Shown: piece after piece, positions 12,950 to 27,391 of the stretch | How positions within the stretch are numbered: position 1 is the first letter of the stretch | Layout of the letters: every line of letters begins with the position of its first letter | NCBI GenBank assembly: GCA_040285855.1 | Contig: JAUFOQ010000001.1 | Coordinates: 1,612,001-1,676,000 of the forward strand | Source: Eukaryota sp. GEM-RC1 | Taxonomy: Eukaryota | Length of the DNA stretch: 64,000 nucleotides | Direction: 5' to 3' | Position numbers and translations under genes: made by a program | The notes under the pieces: model-generated | Seen by the model: the letters and a program-made list of their open reading frames with translations, nothing else | What the model was told of the DNA's origin: nothing | The model's database searches: none

Positions 12950-14850
12950 TCAAATTGGGTTTTTATCTTTCCCCTTACATCCACAGAGGTTTCTCCTCTC
13001 ATTGTATATATAACAGTGCACAAAGACCAACATTAGATTCCTATCGACCTAAAAAGTGATACGTTTTGTTGGCCTTTGTACGGTCATTTTTCCACATATA
13101 GTACGTATGAAAGGATCTCTTTTGGTGGTAGCTTTTTCCACCATTGTTGATCAAAGTGTTTCATTTCAACGACTAAGTCTTCTGAGATACGCTGTACGAT
13201 TTCATGTTTACATTGAAATCCGTTAACCAGTATATTCCAGTTCGAGCAATCGAATGAATCCGTTATCAAATGGTTCCATTGAGAATTAGACATTGCTGAG
13301 AACAAACATATGCCATCCAATTATCTACTTCAGCCACTCTTTCGTTTGATAGATAAAAGATTTAGAATTGATTGTTTACTGGTAGGGTTTTCTATAATTA
13401 TCCGAGCCAAAATTCAAATATGATGGTCCTCATTAAATTTGAACGTTTTTTCGAACGGACTCTGCGTATTGATTTCTCCAGCTGACTAATACCACTGGCA
13501 GCGTGATCAATGATGGGGTATTGTCATTTCTGTGGGCTTCAAGAGATTATACACGTTGCTCTATATATACCGAATCCTCCTGAATTGAACACCTGACTTT
13601 ATTCTACAAGCTCTCTTCACCAATTCGGGGGCTCTATTTGAGGAGTTGACAAATTATAGCTATTATTACTTAAAAATGAGGAAAAATGAGCGAAAACTTG
13701 GGATCTCTTAAACAGATGCATAAAGGTGCTCTATTTGGGAGAATATGAGTAGCTCTACCACCTTTGTTTTAAGAAAACCTGAGTGTTAGTTCGTGGTTTG
13801 TTCCTGTCTGAACGAAGGTACTTGGGAAAACCGGGATACAGAAGGTCGTCATTCCGTCCACAACTTCGTACCTAACCGTGTCCCCTTTTTCGTTGTTGAT
13901 GAATACAGGAACACCAAGAGGAGATTCTAACTTTCAACGCATCGAGGAATTTTGCAGGAAGTTCGTTTAATATCACTGGAATTTAATAGAGAACAAATGC
14001 GTGCAAGAGAACGTCAAGTTGATATCTGACAATGTGACTTGTAGTAAGAATTGTTTTACTTCTACTAGTGCAGTTTTACCTGCAAAAGGTATATTGAGAT
14101 TTTACAAATGTAGCTATTATTGGGCCGCAAATATGACTATCTTTGTACTCAATGTTTACATTCGTTAAGCTTGTTCTTTTCATGTTTAATATTGGTGATA
14201 TCCCTTTACATCTTAAAGAAGGCTCTAACTTTGGTGAGTAATTGACCCACTGGAGAGCTTATTCAGGTGAAAAAGGGTTTAGCTTCATAAATATGCACAT
14301 ATAATTGGTATCTCCTGTATTTTAAGGCGCACTAGTTATAAAAAAAGTACGCAAAGAGCAACACTGAACGTAATTGAAAAGCGACAAAAGAAGCATCTGG
14401 ATACTAATTGCCAGTCGAAGGTCTATATTCATCATCAGGATGACAAATAGTGGTCCAAATCGATTATATATGTACATAACCATCATCTTGTGAAAAACAA
14501 AAAAGCTCTAGCAGGACTCCATTGTATCTCTCCAGGAACCCGTAAACATCGTCATCTCTTAGATATGGTTTCACCTTAACGACTCGCTTACATTCTTGAG
14601 GCACATTTTACAGGTACATACATCTAAGGATGTACTGAACCTCCGTGCAAAATTCAAATCTAAGGTGGTTAAAAGTAGCAGCAGAATGGATGCCCTTATT
14701 AATATGTTTTCCCTTACATGTGTACCACGAGAAAAGAGAATGGCTCTGTCACTAGCTTATTGGTTGTTCACCAACAGAGCGTTCCAATCATCAGACCAGT
14801 CCAGAATGTAATTCGCCTACAGTAAGTCAATTTTCTTCAAGATCTTATCA
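12950..14850 (-). pseudogene. Heavily decayed Ty3/Gypsy RT-RNase H-integrase
   Basis: Scattered motifs (LDWS, DAS, GHG, PFE) in pol order, ending at a purine-rich tract near 12965; no open frame. Confidence 0.45.
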
Positions 14851-14869
14851 ATTTGGGTTATTTAAGAAC

Positions 14870-15010
14870 GAAGACTGGTAGTCGTAGTGTCCTAATTGTA
14901 GATGGATAATCTCTAAAAGAATGTGTAATTTCTTATTATATCTTACCTCCATACTGCCCAGAGTCAAATCCAATTGATACGTATTTTGGTGTTTTGAGGG
15001 CGAAAAGTTG
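14870..15010 (+). pseudogene. Tc1/IS630 DDE_3 transposase fragment
   Basis: YLPPYCPESNPIDTYFGVL matches the LPPYSPxLNPIE motif. Confidence 0.7.
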
Positions 15011-16079
15011 TCGAAATCAACCAATTGAATTCGACATAGAACTACCTAAATTCTTACTTTCACTATCATAATATGATGCTAGAACTGGAAAATATTTTAA
15101 ATTAACAAAACCAGATGAAATCACATTATAAAACACATAGTGCATCACTCTGTCCCTTGTCGTAATCTCATTTCTCTTTCACTAAAAACCCATAGCCAAA
15201 ACGACACCGATTTTCCTTGCGAACAACAGAATGAGGAATTGATGACTAGACCACTCCTTCGACCGAATCTCTGAACTTAGTATGTGTCAGTACATCTACG
15301 CATACCAATAGTTTTGCGCTAAACATCACCTATTCTAAACACATAATGTAAGGCACGTAATGTAACTGCGTTTTTGGAAGACTTTCCACTAACCTTACAC
15401 TATCGCTGTTAATCGTTCAACTTCTAGTATGCGAACTTTATGTTCCATATCAATAAGCACCACAAAAACTATGACTCTGAAATGGCTACTGCAACCGGTG
15501 GTACTCCCATTACTACTTACACACAAAGAAATCCACAGGACAAGGCTCAGAAACTCCTCAAAGGGCTTGGGTTGGTATTAAATTTTTTTGTATATTTTTG
15601 AAGATACTCCATTATATATTTTAGGTACTAAAATATTGATTGTTCTTTGTTCATGGAACAATTATTTATTCAAATTATTTTTACCTATCCCTGACTGCAA
15701 CCATAACTTGAACATCCATTGGCATGTAAATACCCTTACCAGGAACATATTTCTCGAACCACATTGTCAAAGTACGTAGCTCGTCTCTACAATTAAGTTT
15801 GACAAATACTTCAATCCGTATTACTTCCTCGATTTGGTTTCATGTATGATGACTAGAAACATGGACCTCAACAGAATAAGTTGGATTATGTACATACGTT
15901 TTGAAACATCACATGCCCTTTGTGCTGGAAATGATTCCATCGATTATAATTAAAGAAAACTGAAGCTGGTTTTCAACAAATTATAAACATTATTGCAGAA
16001 AACATATTCTGATATACGTCAAATTTAATAAATATTCAATACAAATATCTTACATAACATCAAAAGATTCTTTTTCAAC

Positions 16080-17280
16080 TAAATACTACAAACAACCAAG
16101 TGAATAATGAAATTTGCTTTCACTATCATAATTTGATGTTACAACTGGAAGATAATTAAGTACACATACCAATAACATATCACATCATACGACACTGTGA
16201 TTCTCCATTATACTGTTCATTTGAGAATCTTCGATGTCACCAGCTAAATAGATCTATTGAATTCTCCTTAATGTCAATTTCCTTAGTTTAATCATAAATA
16301 GTCTGAGTTAGGGTGGAAACAACGTCCTCTGGAGGATTATACATGCAATCGATACAATGATAAACTTATTACCAAGAGTAGACTTGACAAGGATTGAAAC
16401 CTCATTCTTGTTGTTTGTGAGTAAGGACACCGAACGTTAAGTCAGCGACTTCCTTTTCAAATAGATTTCACTTCCCCATTCGCATTGCTTTCAAACCCTC
16501 CCACAATATGTTATCCATAACTCCCACAAACAGGTCCTATTCTGTGTCCAAAAACCAAATTGTCACGTGGCATAAATAGGTGTAAGATAAAGACGTGATC
16601 TCTTTTGAATTTATTGAATAGCGGATGATTGGTTCGACTTATTAAGTAACTGACAGAAAGAAAAAGAGGCAGACAACACGTAAGTGTTGAAAAACAATGC
16701 AAATTAAATGACAAATTATGTTCAACCATCTCAAGTTCAAACAACTCGAGAAACACGAGATGTTGGAACAACATCATTCAGTTACGTCATCAGAGTGAGT
16801 GTTGATGAGGACAACAAATGTATAAATAAGACGTACTTATAATCCTCGCAAGTATTCAAGTCTGAGATGTCGTATATCAGTCCTTAACAGACGAAGTTCA
16901 ATGGGAGCATCCATAAGTATCTTAAAAGCGCAGGAAAAGCAAAGGGCGAACAACAAAAAGGTGTGAAATGAGTTATCACGTGATTCATACTGGTAAACAA
17001 GCTTGTTGTAATCTTCAACGATGATGGTGAGGTGACTGTTGAAGAGAGGTTTAGCGTAGGCAAGGAGTTCAAAAGCGAGGATCATGACTGAGGTTGTTCC
17101 GTCACCAACTTCTTCATCTTGAGTTAACCCTAGTTCGATCTTAGTTCTGGCAGCGTGAGGAACGACGTCGATTTCACGAAGGATGTAGTTATTATTTTAG
17201 TCACAGTTATGGCAGAAGATTGAGCATTGTGTCGGAGTGGCAGTGGAAAACTGGTAGTGTATGTAGGATGAATAGAGAAG
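16080..17280 (-). repeat. CCT3-carrying repeat block, copy A
   Basis: Reverse-complement match to ~48990-50220; encodes ILREIDVV..TQDEEVGDGTTSVMILA at ~16995-17190. Confidence 0.9.
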
Positions 17281-17842
17281 AGATAAAGTTATCAAATGAA
17301 GAGATACAAAGAAGTGGAAGACATACATCGGGAATCTTGTAGACTGAAGCATTCAACAAAAGTGTTACGTATACTTGTTCAAATTTGCGAGGATTGTGTT
17401 GTGTATATGTCTTTTGGAAAGTAAGTTCAAGATGTTACTCAATGATGCAACATTATCAACAAGGTAGAAGTGGTTGATAGGAACTGTACTTGTAGTAGGT
17501 TAGTGGCTTGTTCCCATCTATAGACTCTTCTCCAAATGCGATGGTTTGATTGCAAAGAGAAGGTTCATCGAGAATGATAGAAAGAGTTTCTGTTGGGGGA
17601 AGCAACAATAAATGCAGGTTTCAACCAATGTGCACAATTATTTGGTATGTACCGTATGTATTGTTAGTATAGTACGAATCGGTACGTACCGATATATTTT
17701 ATCCGTACTGATGTCATTTGATTTATATAAAAGATAGGTTTTTCCCCAAAAACCACCATAAAATTAACCAAATTTCTTTTTCCACCATCACACTTTTTTT
17801 TCCACCATCATCTCTTTTACTTCAAACATCATATCAGACACT

Positions 17843-19390
17843 ATGCAAATCTCCGTAAGATCGTGCAAGTCCCAACATCCGGTTCGCTTCGTTGTTGGCG
17901 AGGTGTTCCCATCAAAAATTGCCTTGCAAGTAAAGATACATCAACATGCTTTACAAGAGGACAAAGAAATTAGTCTAGCCGCTAATAACAACACAAAAAA
18001 GTACACTGTAACGTGTACTGACTTCCAGTGTAGCTTTCGTCTTTATTGCTCCAGTAAAGATGGCATTAATTGGACAGTTGTCACTTATACTGCCCACAAG
18101 AAATTTTGCGCTGGTCAACCTAAAACAAGACTTCCCCCCAGCGTTATAGCTGAAATCCATACCGACGATTTTAGGAGACAAAAGATTTTGAGTCCTAGCA
18201 AGCTTGCCGAAAGCAGCTCAATGCCGTTATCTTGGAAAAAAGCAGATAGAGTGGTTAAGGCTGTACAATCGAATCTCTATGGTACTCGTGATGCGTCTTA
18301 TGCAGTACTTCCCATGTATCTTGAAAATTTAAAGAAATCCATGCCAGGAAGCGTTACTGAATTGATAGTTGATAACTCCACATTTAAGATGTGTTTTGTT
18401 GCTCTTGCTGCTAGCATTGAGGGTTGGAACTTTTGTAAGAAGGTGATTTGTGTAGATGGAACATATATTCGTACACAATACCTTGGTGTTGTGTTGATTG
18501 CCACAGCATTAGATGGTAATCAACACACATTTCCGCTGGCCTATGCAGTTGTGGAAAACGAGACTATTGACTCGTGGTCTTGGTTTCTGACCCAGCTGGC
18601 ATCCGTGTTACATTTAGAGGATTGTGAAGCTGTCACAATCATTTCTGATCGTCAAAAGGGGTTATTACCTGCCTTACGAAATGTGTTACCCTATTGTCAT
18701 CACGCTTACTGTGTTTGGCATCTCGCCGAAAATGCTACAGGAAAAGGATCTAAGCATGCTAAACCATTTATTTATCAACTTGCTCGGTCAACAACTATCG
18801 AAGAATACAACTGTTTATTTGAAGAACTAAATCAAGTTTCTCCATCCGCCGCTGACTACATCTCCAGAATTGAGCCGGAATTCTGGGTAGAATGCTTGTT
18901 TTCAGGTAACCGACACGGTATGATTACCTCAAATCTAGTTGAGAGCATGAACGCGTGCATTGCTGAAGCCAGAGAGCTTCCGGTTACTCATATGTTGGAG
19001 GTTATAAGAGAAAAGATTGCAAAGTGGTTTCTCGCGAGAAGAGAAGAGGGGAAGAAAAGCCGAAAATGGGGTTACTGTGGCTGTGGAAAAAAGTTGGTCT
19101 CTAGGATGAATGTTGTAATTGAAGAAGAGCTGTATGCAACTAAGGTTGACGAAGGATTGTACGAGGTACGATACAAGGGCAAAATGATTAGAGTAAACGT
19201 AGGGGAAAGCTTTTGCGACAGCGACTGTCAATGTGGAAGATGGAAAAGGAAGGTATCCCTTGTGTCCACGCTCTTACTGTTCTTCGTAATTTCGGATCTC
19301 GGGGACAAAATTACTGTAGTCAAGAAAACTCCACTGAAACCTTCCTAAAGGTCTACCAAGGGAAGGTATTTGGTGTAGATGATTTTTGAG
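17843..19390 (+). CDS. MULE/MuDR (Mutator) transposase with C-terminal SWIM finger (one frameshift)
   Basis: 501-aa ORF with a WRKY/GCM1-like C..C..H, ICVDGT, PLAYAVVENE..SWSWFL, IISDRQKGL, HAYCVWHL, TSNLVESMN; SWIM CQCGRW continues as GIPCVH in a shifted frame near 19250. Confidence 0.95.
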
Positions 19391-20039
19391 TAGAGGTTCA
19401 TTCACCAGTCAAACACAGTAATAGCGCATATCCTGACCGTTTAGAAATCCAATCTGTGGGTTTTTGGGCCCTTAATCATTGTTATAGTAAGTCGTAGTCA
19501 CTCGTTAAATGCATTGTGATTTGAAGACGCTAATACCGTGTTGATTTGGAGCGATTGCGGAGCTTCGTGCGTAGAAATGTCATTTTGGGAAAGTTATGTT
19601 CAGTAAATGATGTGCCCTAAATGTGAATATGTGCGCCAATCATGACCATGATATACTGAGTGATGTTTAACGGTAGAATTGATGACGATGTTAACTGTTA
19701 AAATCTCACATTAGATCATCATGTTCAAAATAGTAATATTGTTTTTTAGTCGGTCAAACTTACAGTACCAGTACTTGCACGCCTAAAATCACCACGGTAC
19801 GGAACATTTGCGTTCCATGATTTCTACGTGCTTGATTTGCATGTTCATGTTTTGTAATTCTGAATCCGATAGGAAATGGTGAACAGATTCAGAGGGATGT
19901 GATTTTATAGACTACAATGACAACAAATATTGATTTAATATATTATATTTTTAGAATATTACAATTTTGAACAACTTTTTCGGCATGTTAATAATCACAA
20001 GGGTTCACTTAACACAAAGTCAATTTGATTTGAATACTT

Positions 20040-22550
20040 TATGAAATAATAACACACAGATCGACCTCAATTTAAATATTTTCCTAATTACTGAATGGTG
20101 TAACTAGTTTTCTAAAAATGCAATCTTTCCATTAGATATTCTTTTACAGTTTGCTCTGGTACGATGATTGACAGGATTATTCCCTAAATTAATAAATTCA
20201 ATTGTAGAATTTACCTTTAATACTTTTGAAAGTGCTAACGCCCATCATTTCCAACAGAATTGCCCCAAAGATCAAATCTAGAAATTCCAGTATTCAATTT
20301 TAACAATCAGATAATGCCTTTGCACTTAAATTACCGAAAGACTTACCTCCGAAATTTAGTCCTCTAACATTTGAAGTAGAATTATGCCCAAGACTATCGA
20401 CAATTCTCAAAAAATCCGAATCGGAAAAATTACAGTGAGATAAGTCCAGATAAATCAATGAAGTACTGGTCTTGATTAAGTCACAAAACAATTCAAAGGC
20501 CTCATCAGTAAAATTACATCCTTGAATACTAAGGTTTTCAATATTAAGAGAACGTAAACTGGAGACGTTCTCAGCAGTTATTTTAGTGTAGTTTTGTGGT
20601 GAAAAGGAGAAAGTGCCAGATTTTGTGTCAATAAAGTGAGGCGAAATATCAACATCTATCAATGAATTATTAATGGAAAGAAATTGAAAAAGAGCAACAA
20701 TACCTTCAAAACTTGGGTTGGTAATTCCATCAAATTTCACGTGTTTAATGGGAAGATTTGACTTTAAAGCCTTTAACAGTAGCAATAAGTCAGCGTTTTT
20801 CATCTTTTAAGCATAGTTAATTGTACCACGAGAAACATCAAAAGAATGAGGGAAAACATTGAGGTCGATAATTGATTTGTGAAGTGACTGAATTTCAAGT
20901 AAAGCAAAAAGTCCTTCAAGATTTGGACTTCTCAATCCCAGGCAGTCAACACGTTTAATAGGGACATTTGATTTCAAAGCATCTAACAGTAGTATTAAAT
21001 CGATGTTGTTGATTTTACTATCATAAATAATAGTACCATGATCAAAATCAATAGAATCAGGGGACGTTTGAATAGTTGGTGGTGAACAGTGAGTGTAAAA
21101 CTGTTTGAAGATAGTCAAAAGTTGGAAAAGATGGAGGTCTGAGCTATTCAGATTAATAGAGCGAATAGATGATGAACTGCTGAGAACTTCAATTAAATCA
21201 CAAAAATCGTTGTCAGTTATATGGATTCTACTGAAGTCAACAGAGGTCAAAAATCGATTGATTTTTAATGAATCGCATAAATCAGTAAATGATGTGCCAT
21301 AAAAATGACAATTCTCAAAAGTAAGCGATGTGATAATAAAAGACTTCAGAAGTAATGATAGAATTGAAACTTCTTTGGAAGTGAATGAGACACGTTGCCG
21401 AGAAGAAAAACGAAACACTCCGTTTTGAATAGCTACACCATAAGAACACCAATCAGATGAATGATGAAGATCGATAACCATTTTGTTAATACAAATGATA
21501 TTTAATAGAGTGAAAAAGTCTTCAAATCCGAGAGTTCTAAAACTAGGAAACACTAGATTTTTAAGGCTAGACGTGTTTAGAAGATGAAGAAGACCATATG
21601 GATCTTCTATAACAAGGCCAGATACATCTAATGATTTAAGTGATGTATTGCTCATTAAAGCAGTAAAAAGAAGCAGGGTCTGTTCTTCATTAATAGGTGG
21701 TCCCGTATGTAAAGAAAGTGATCGGAGATTAATCTTCCTAAAAGAATGAATTGAACGAAAGACTTCTGTTAGAGCAATCACGTGAGAAGTTTTGAAAACA
21801 TTAACAGTGACAGTTAATTCAACAATATTGTTGCTCAACAATAGGGTTTCACAAAAGCTAGTTAACATAGACTCAGACTCTAAGGTAAAGTCAAGACATC
21901 TTAGTCGAGGCAAGAAAAAAGCAGAAGAGTTGTCAAGTAAGTGGGTCAATTTGGTGACGTGATCACTCATTTTTAGATGAATAATTCTTGAAGTATGGTC
22001 AAGGATGCCTTCAATAGGAGAAAATCGTCCCATTTTCAAGGAAACAGATTGTATGTCTGCTTTGGAAGTAAGATTTGACGGGAAGCAGAAAAAAAAGATC
22101 ATAAGGATAGGCACAGAGAGTGTTTGATTCCAAGAAGAGCTTAACTCCTAGGAAAGCAGATTCAAAGAAACGTTGACTGACATAGCCAACTTTTTGGAAG
22201 ATTGTAGGAAGAATGTGTCTCAAACGCCAACGGAGAGACCGATCACGGGTAATATCAGACTTCCAGAGACTTCTTACGATATGAGAGCTTATCAGTACCA
22301 GTAAAGTCTGCTGACAATGGATGTGATTTGGATTAGGTATGTCCTTGCAAGAAAGAGAAGAAGAGACGGGTTCAAGGACAAGATCGGGGGCGGAAACAAT
22401 GGAGGAAGGCATGGCGTTGCAAGAGTCGCACGTAGAAGAACTTGTCTGCCAATCTTTGAGACACTTATGAGAACAAACAAATCCATCACAACAGACAGCG
22501 ATGTCAGCGATGACTTTGGCTTTGCAAACTGTGCAAGAGCGATTCGGCAT
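20040..22550 (-). CDS. RING-like zinc finger plus ribonuclease-inhibitor-type LRR protein, frameshifted
   Basis: CTVC..CC..CSHKC..W..CDSC at the N-terminus; LxxLDLSxC/N repeats in 20807-22114 and 20300-20803; three consecutive frames. Confidence 0.75.
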
Positions 22551-22728
22551 GAGAGGGAAATTTGAAGTGTTTTCAGTGAAAACTTTTCACTTGTAAAACA
22601 CCATCAGAAAGTGTTGAGGTAGGGAGACACTCCAACTTGACTTTACTCTTCCAGTACTAATATTAGAACTTCATGTTCACTCCTGACTAAATTTTTCCTG
22701 TAAACTTCATAGCAACTTCACTTCACAC

Positions 22729-23242
22729 CAGTGTTCGAAGACACGCGTGGACACGTTCGGACACGCAGACACGTTTGGACACGGACACGGTGTCTTTTCA
22801 AAAACACGCAAAAAGACACGCAAAAAGACACCGCGTGTGAACGTGTTTTTCTGCAAAAAACCTAGAAAACTTCGAAAGTACCCTTTTATTTCCCTCGGTA
22901 TTGTTCGACTTGAATGCTTTTCTATATGCTATACCACAGTAGACTACAATGCCAACAAAAAGTGGCAAAAATACTGACATGATGCTCTGTCAAACAAACC
23001 TAGAACACCAATTCAACTAAACAGAACCACAGAATCCAAGATTGAGTGATGGGATGTGAGATAAAGGCAAGAACTGGTCCAAAAGGATGTTTTGATAGTC
23101 AAACTCTGCAAAATGGATCAGATTTTTTTTCGAAAAAAACACGCAAAAACACCCAAAAGACACATCAAAGACACCGTGTGGACACGCGTGTTAACACCGA
23201 CACGGTGTCTTTTAAAAAACACGTGGGAAATTTCGAACACTG
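22729..23242. mobile_element. hAT-type MITE (514 bp)
   Basis: 11-bp TIR CAGTGTTCGAA/TTCGAACACTG; 8-bp TSD CTTCACAC at 22721-22728 and 23243-23250; subterminal GACACG repeats. Confidence 0.95.
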
Positions 23243-23249
23243 CTTCACA

Positions 23250-23950
23250 CAAATCTACTACAGTAGATGTTTTGAGTCTCGACCAAATCCATCTCTTCGA
23301 AATCCGTAGATTTCTTTTCCATCGCCGAATTTTTTCTTCCCACAAACTTACCATATGATGTAATGCTTTAGTAAGATTGATCTGGATTGTTAGTTGATAT
23401 CTTCCGCAACTGATAGAATCTCTTACTGGTTCAACACAATAATTTATTCTTGTCCAGCTAAACAGTTGACCATCCAATGTGGAAACTGTAAAACCAACTG
23501 TGTGTGGCAGCAAATGGTATCATAGTTCTGTAACATCGTCGATACAGAAATCGCATCGGTAAGGTCAGATTGATGGTAAATGAAGATCTTCAAAAAATAG
23601 TAGAAATATGATTCAAGATCTCAATTTACTAAGACGATAACGAGATGATTGAAGACCTTATACATTCCGTTACAAATCAAATAAAAAGACTGAGAAGTTC
23701 ACATGATAGAGTACAGTCAACACTTATCACCACGTTCAGTATCATCATCATGATTGTAGAACTCAAGTGTGACAGTTTTTAAAGTTTTAACAGATGAAAA
23801 AAGTTCGCCAAGAGATAGTATTTCTGATTTGGAAGTAGAGCCAAGTCTAAATTTTAAATTAATGTTTGATAGAGTCTTCCTTAAATAGAAACTATATACT
23901 CTCAATACAGGAAACATTACTGAGTCATCACAGGTGCCATGTTGAGTCGT
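23250..23950 (-). pseudogene. LRR-family paralog remnant
   Basis: FPVLR..LGELFSSVKTLKTVTL resembles the LPRLR..LTEVFRSIHSFRKINL segment of the neighbouring LRR gene. Confidence 0.45.
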
Positions 23951-24212
23951 TTGCTGTACATATAAGATGAAATGTCAGCCTCAAAAGATACCTATCAAAA
24001 GGGGGGAGTCAAAAGCATACTACAGAAGAGTTAAGGAAAGAAAAAGAAAAAACCACCAGAGAGTATGGGGAAGCGTAGGTGGAACAGTCATTATCTTGAG
24101 ACTCTTTTTGCGTTGATTGTAGATGAGGAAGGAGTTGAACCAAGATTGAAAACCTTATACAAGTTCCTCATACACAGCAGATATCCTTATAGAACGAGGA
24201 GATGCCTGAAAG

Positions 24213-24632
24213 ACGTGTTGCTGAGTCATAACAGAAATCCTGTTCAGTCAACAGGATTGGTGAGGTATCTCCTTGAATTTTGACCTTTATCCTTAAGAAG
24301 GCTAGAAACTTGCCTTTGTCATCTCTCTCAAATCTCACTGTGATGTGTTTTCATCTCTCAGATTCATCATCTACTTGAGTTGTATGCTAATATAACATAC
24401 CCCACCTTTATAACCTCTCATTTTATCTTCTGTGTAAATTGCCGTATTGCTCTTTTCTTATGTGCTTTTTTTGTTCGTATCTTCTTCCAAACCCTGAATA
24501 TTCGGCTGGTTTCATTGGACCAGAACGTGGTTCATTGTTTTCATGTTTATGATTTGATTTTCTTTTGTTTTTTACTTATGTTTTGTAATTCTATTTAGTG
24601 GGGGAAGAAATTTCGTCCACTCATAATTTCAG
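24213..24632 (+). repeat. Two-part dispersed module, copy 2
   Basis: Motif A ~24213-24320, motif B ~24582-24632. Confidence 0.85.
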
Positions 24633-25494
24633 TTCTGCTTATTTGTTTTAGAAACATGTTTTCCCTTCACATATTTCTTTATGTGAGTTGAGTTTATCTT
24701 TTCAACCAGAATCTAAATCATAAGTAGATCTTGAGTGTTCAAGAACTGGAACTTCCCAGGGAAGAAGTTGAGGAAGTGTTTTAGTAGTGCCCTCTTGCGT
24801 AAACGAAGAACAACTGGAATATCAGAACATTAGTGACTGAATTCTTGATACAAACACACGCGTGTTTTCTACGATTAACAGTGGTGCCTTTGGTGAGTAA
24901 GAAATTCAAAATAGACTTATTAACAGATTTAAAATTGTCTTGATCTGATGGAATGTAAGAAGATGCAGCTCCAATTGTTGAACATGTTAATGTCACATAC
25001 TAAACACTTACTCACCCAATGTAGTGAGGAGATTCGCTCCCTGGTGGGCTCCAGATGTGGGTACTCTTGTCTGTGAACGGATGACACTGACCTTTAGATT
25101 CTGCAGAATTTTGTTATACGTACAAGACGTGTCGAAAATACGACTGGGTTGCGTCCAACATCGTTTTTAAGTTCAATTCTATGAGTTGGGTATGCGACAA
25201 ATGCTCTGATTTGGAATACGACCCCATAATAGCCTGAAAGAGAGGCGTAACTGAATTTAGAGGTTCGAAAAGAGAAGCGAAGATTGTTGATTGATTTCGA
25301 AACTTGTTGAGCGACATGATAGCCCGCATGTTTGTAAATTTATCATATCTGCATTTTCTTGATTAGATACTGAACGTACTTCATTATATCTGTTGGAGTA
25401 AGGTTGATATCAGAAATTTCGGCTGATCCGTACGTGAATCTCATTTTCGTCCAAGCGTGATTTGGCAACGAGATTGTTGGATGCACTTCTTCCA

Positions 25495-25862
25495 AGTCAC
25501 GAACACTAATATACTGTCGTTCTTCTTCCATCTTAATCTTAACATACGAGTTGTACTGCTGTTTTGTTAGCTCGGGAGTAAGTCTGACATATAGTAGGTC
25601 TTGATTCATTAACCATTTCTGTTTAGAAATGCACCAGAACTAAGAGACTTCCAATTTATATAGCACGTAGTCTTTGTTTCTTCTTTTCAGAAATAGTGTA
25701 ATATTTCAATTAAGTAATATTCCGTTAGTTTGTGAAGTGGGGTCCTTAATAAGTATAAGATTTACTTTCTTAACGTCAACATAAAAACTAATATACGATC
25801 TTTTGATAGACCCATTCCTTAAGTAGATATCATTATGTGACGTGACCATCTAGCTGGTTCGC
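25495..25862 (-). repeat. Dispersed repeat, inverted relative to ~45065-45445; includes the 5' end of an unknown ORF (25343-25609)
   Basis: CCAGCTAGATGGTCACGTCAC..GGGTCTATCAAAAGATCG..GGACCCCACTTCACAAA shared. Confidence 0.85.
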
Positions 25863-26204
25863 GATTCAGATGGTGGCGATTGAGCATCTGAATATTCACA
25901 ATTATTACAAAAGTACAAAATACAACATTTCGTGCTTTATCAATTTTGAAATCATCCCACACACGAGAGGGACTTTTCATGATGCCAGTTTTTTCCATTG
26001 GAGGAGAGGACTCAGCTATTACAGTAATAGATAGATTTCGAGTTCTTTACTTCCAGTAAATAGATGAATGTACAATTACTACAGTAACAGTTTATCACTG
26101 TTTTATACGCCATGATTGATTTCAGATAACGGATATACGATTTCGGTCTGAATCCGAACAATAGGATCTGAAGCCGATCCGATCTGAAATCTGAAATGAA
26201 ATCT

Positions 26205-26330
26205 GCTCCGAACGCTCAGTGCTACAAATTACAATAAGAAATTTAAGTATACTATACTTTTAGTATATTTGTACTACAAATATATTTAACATTTTATCTG
26301 TTAGATTTTATAGCTGAAATTTGATAACTG
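26205..26330 (+). repeat. Short dispersed repeat, also at ~43005-43115
   Basis: CCGAACGC.CAGTGCTACAAATTA..GTTAGATTTT(T)ATAGCTGAAATTTGATAACT. Confidence 0.8.
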
Positions 26331-27391
26331 TTTTGTGGTGTTGATTGAGAAAGGGGAAACTACTTCGCCGAATATAATTGATCAATGTTTCAACGATCTG
26401 AATTGAGCCAATCAGTGTTGGTATTTAATTTATTCAATTAATTGGATTTGACCTTGATCTCAGACACCTCAGGACCACGATTTTATTTAGTGTTTTAAGA
26501 ATTGTCTTTCAAGGAAAATACTTGTAGGTTAAGTTTCAACTTGCCTGATTTGTTTTGTTAGGCTGATTGTAATATATGTTTTTTACGTGTACCATGGCTT
26601 GGATCTGTTGAACTCATTTTGATTCATTTTCTATTCATTCAAATTTGTGGCGATTGAACTCCTCTCAAATGATGCCTTATTTGCTTTTCACTTTGTTAAA
26701 TTGTTGTTAGGATTGTATTTATGGTTATCTGTGTGCGGTGGTTGTTTTACATCGTTTCATTTAAATATATATTATACTGGAAAACAGTTTAAGTACGTGG
26801 AATAAGCAGGACTATGTAATACTTAAATGCTAATACAATATAATATTGCCAATAAACATGTACCAATATTGATTGTTTGATGAAAAACCAATACCAGTGT
26901 ATTGACAATATTGGTCAATACTGAAGTTCAGGTATTGTGAAACATTCTACGAGCCAAGTGTTTGTCAGCTACACATTAATGGAACTTCTTAGCACCAAAT
27001 TGTGTTTCACACCGTGTTTGAACTATTTCCACATGCTAGAGAACATTTTGGTTGAATGGAACGCTCCTTTCAATTAATTAGGCACACTGTGATATCCAGT
27101 CACAAAATGGCTTTTCCCGTAAACGATGGGATTGTCCAGTTATTGGTTGTTTTTGGTAGTCTATTGAGTCATTATTACCGTTCTGAAGTGAAATATCGAA
27201 AGATCGAGAAGATGTAGAGAAAAAAACCAAGTTTAGAAGAGGGGAATTTTTGTATCCAGGCCCGACATGTACCTATGATATGTTGTGTTGTTTAGTTCCT
27301 TTCTGATCAACTTTATTCGGTACCCACAAACGAAGCCTTTGTCGTGTTGGTATTTAGTCATTTTAGTCAGTTTTGTATTGTAGTTGTATCT

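Noticed and set aside
17630..19840. MULE terminal inverted repeats
   Set aside because: Only a short GTACCGT/ACGGTAC match; no extended TIR or TSD seen
22747..23358. Basic ORFs 22747-22977, 23046-23309, 23092-23358
   Set aside because: Translations of MITE subterminal repeats
24213..24320. Hammerhead ribozyme in motif A
   Set aside because: No CUGANGA..GAAA core in the right arrangement on either strand
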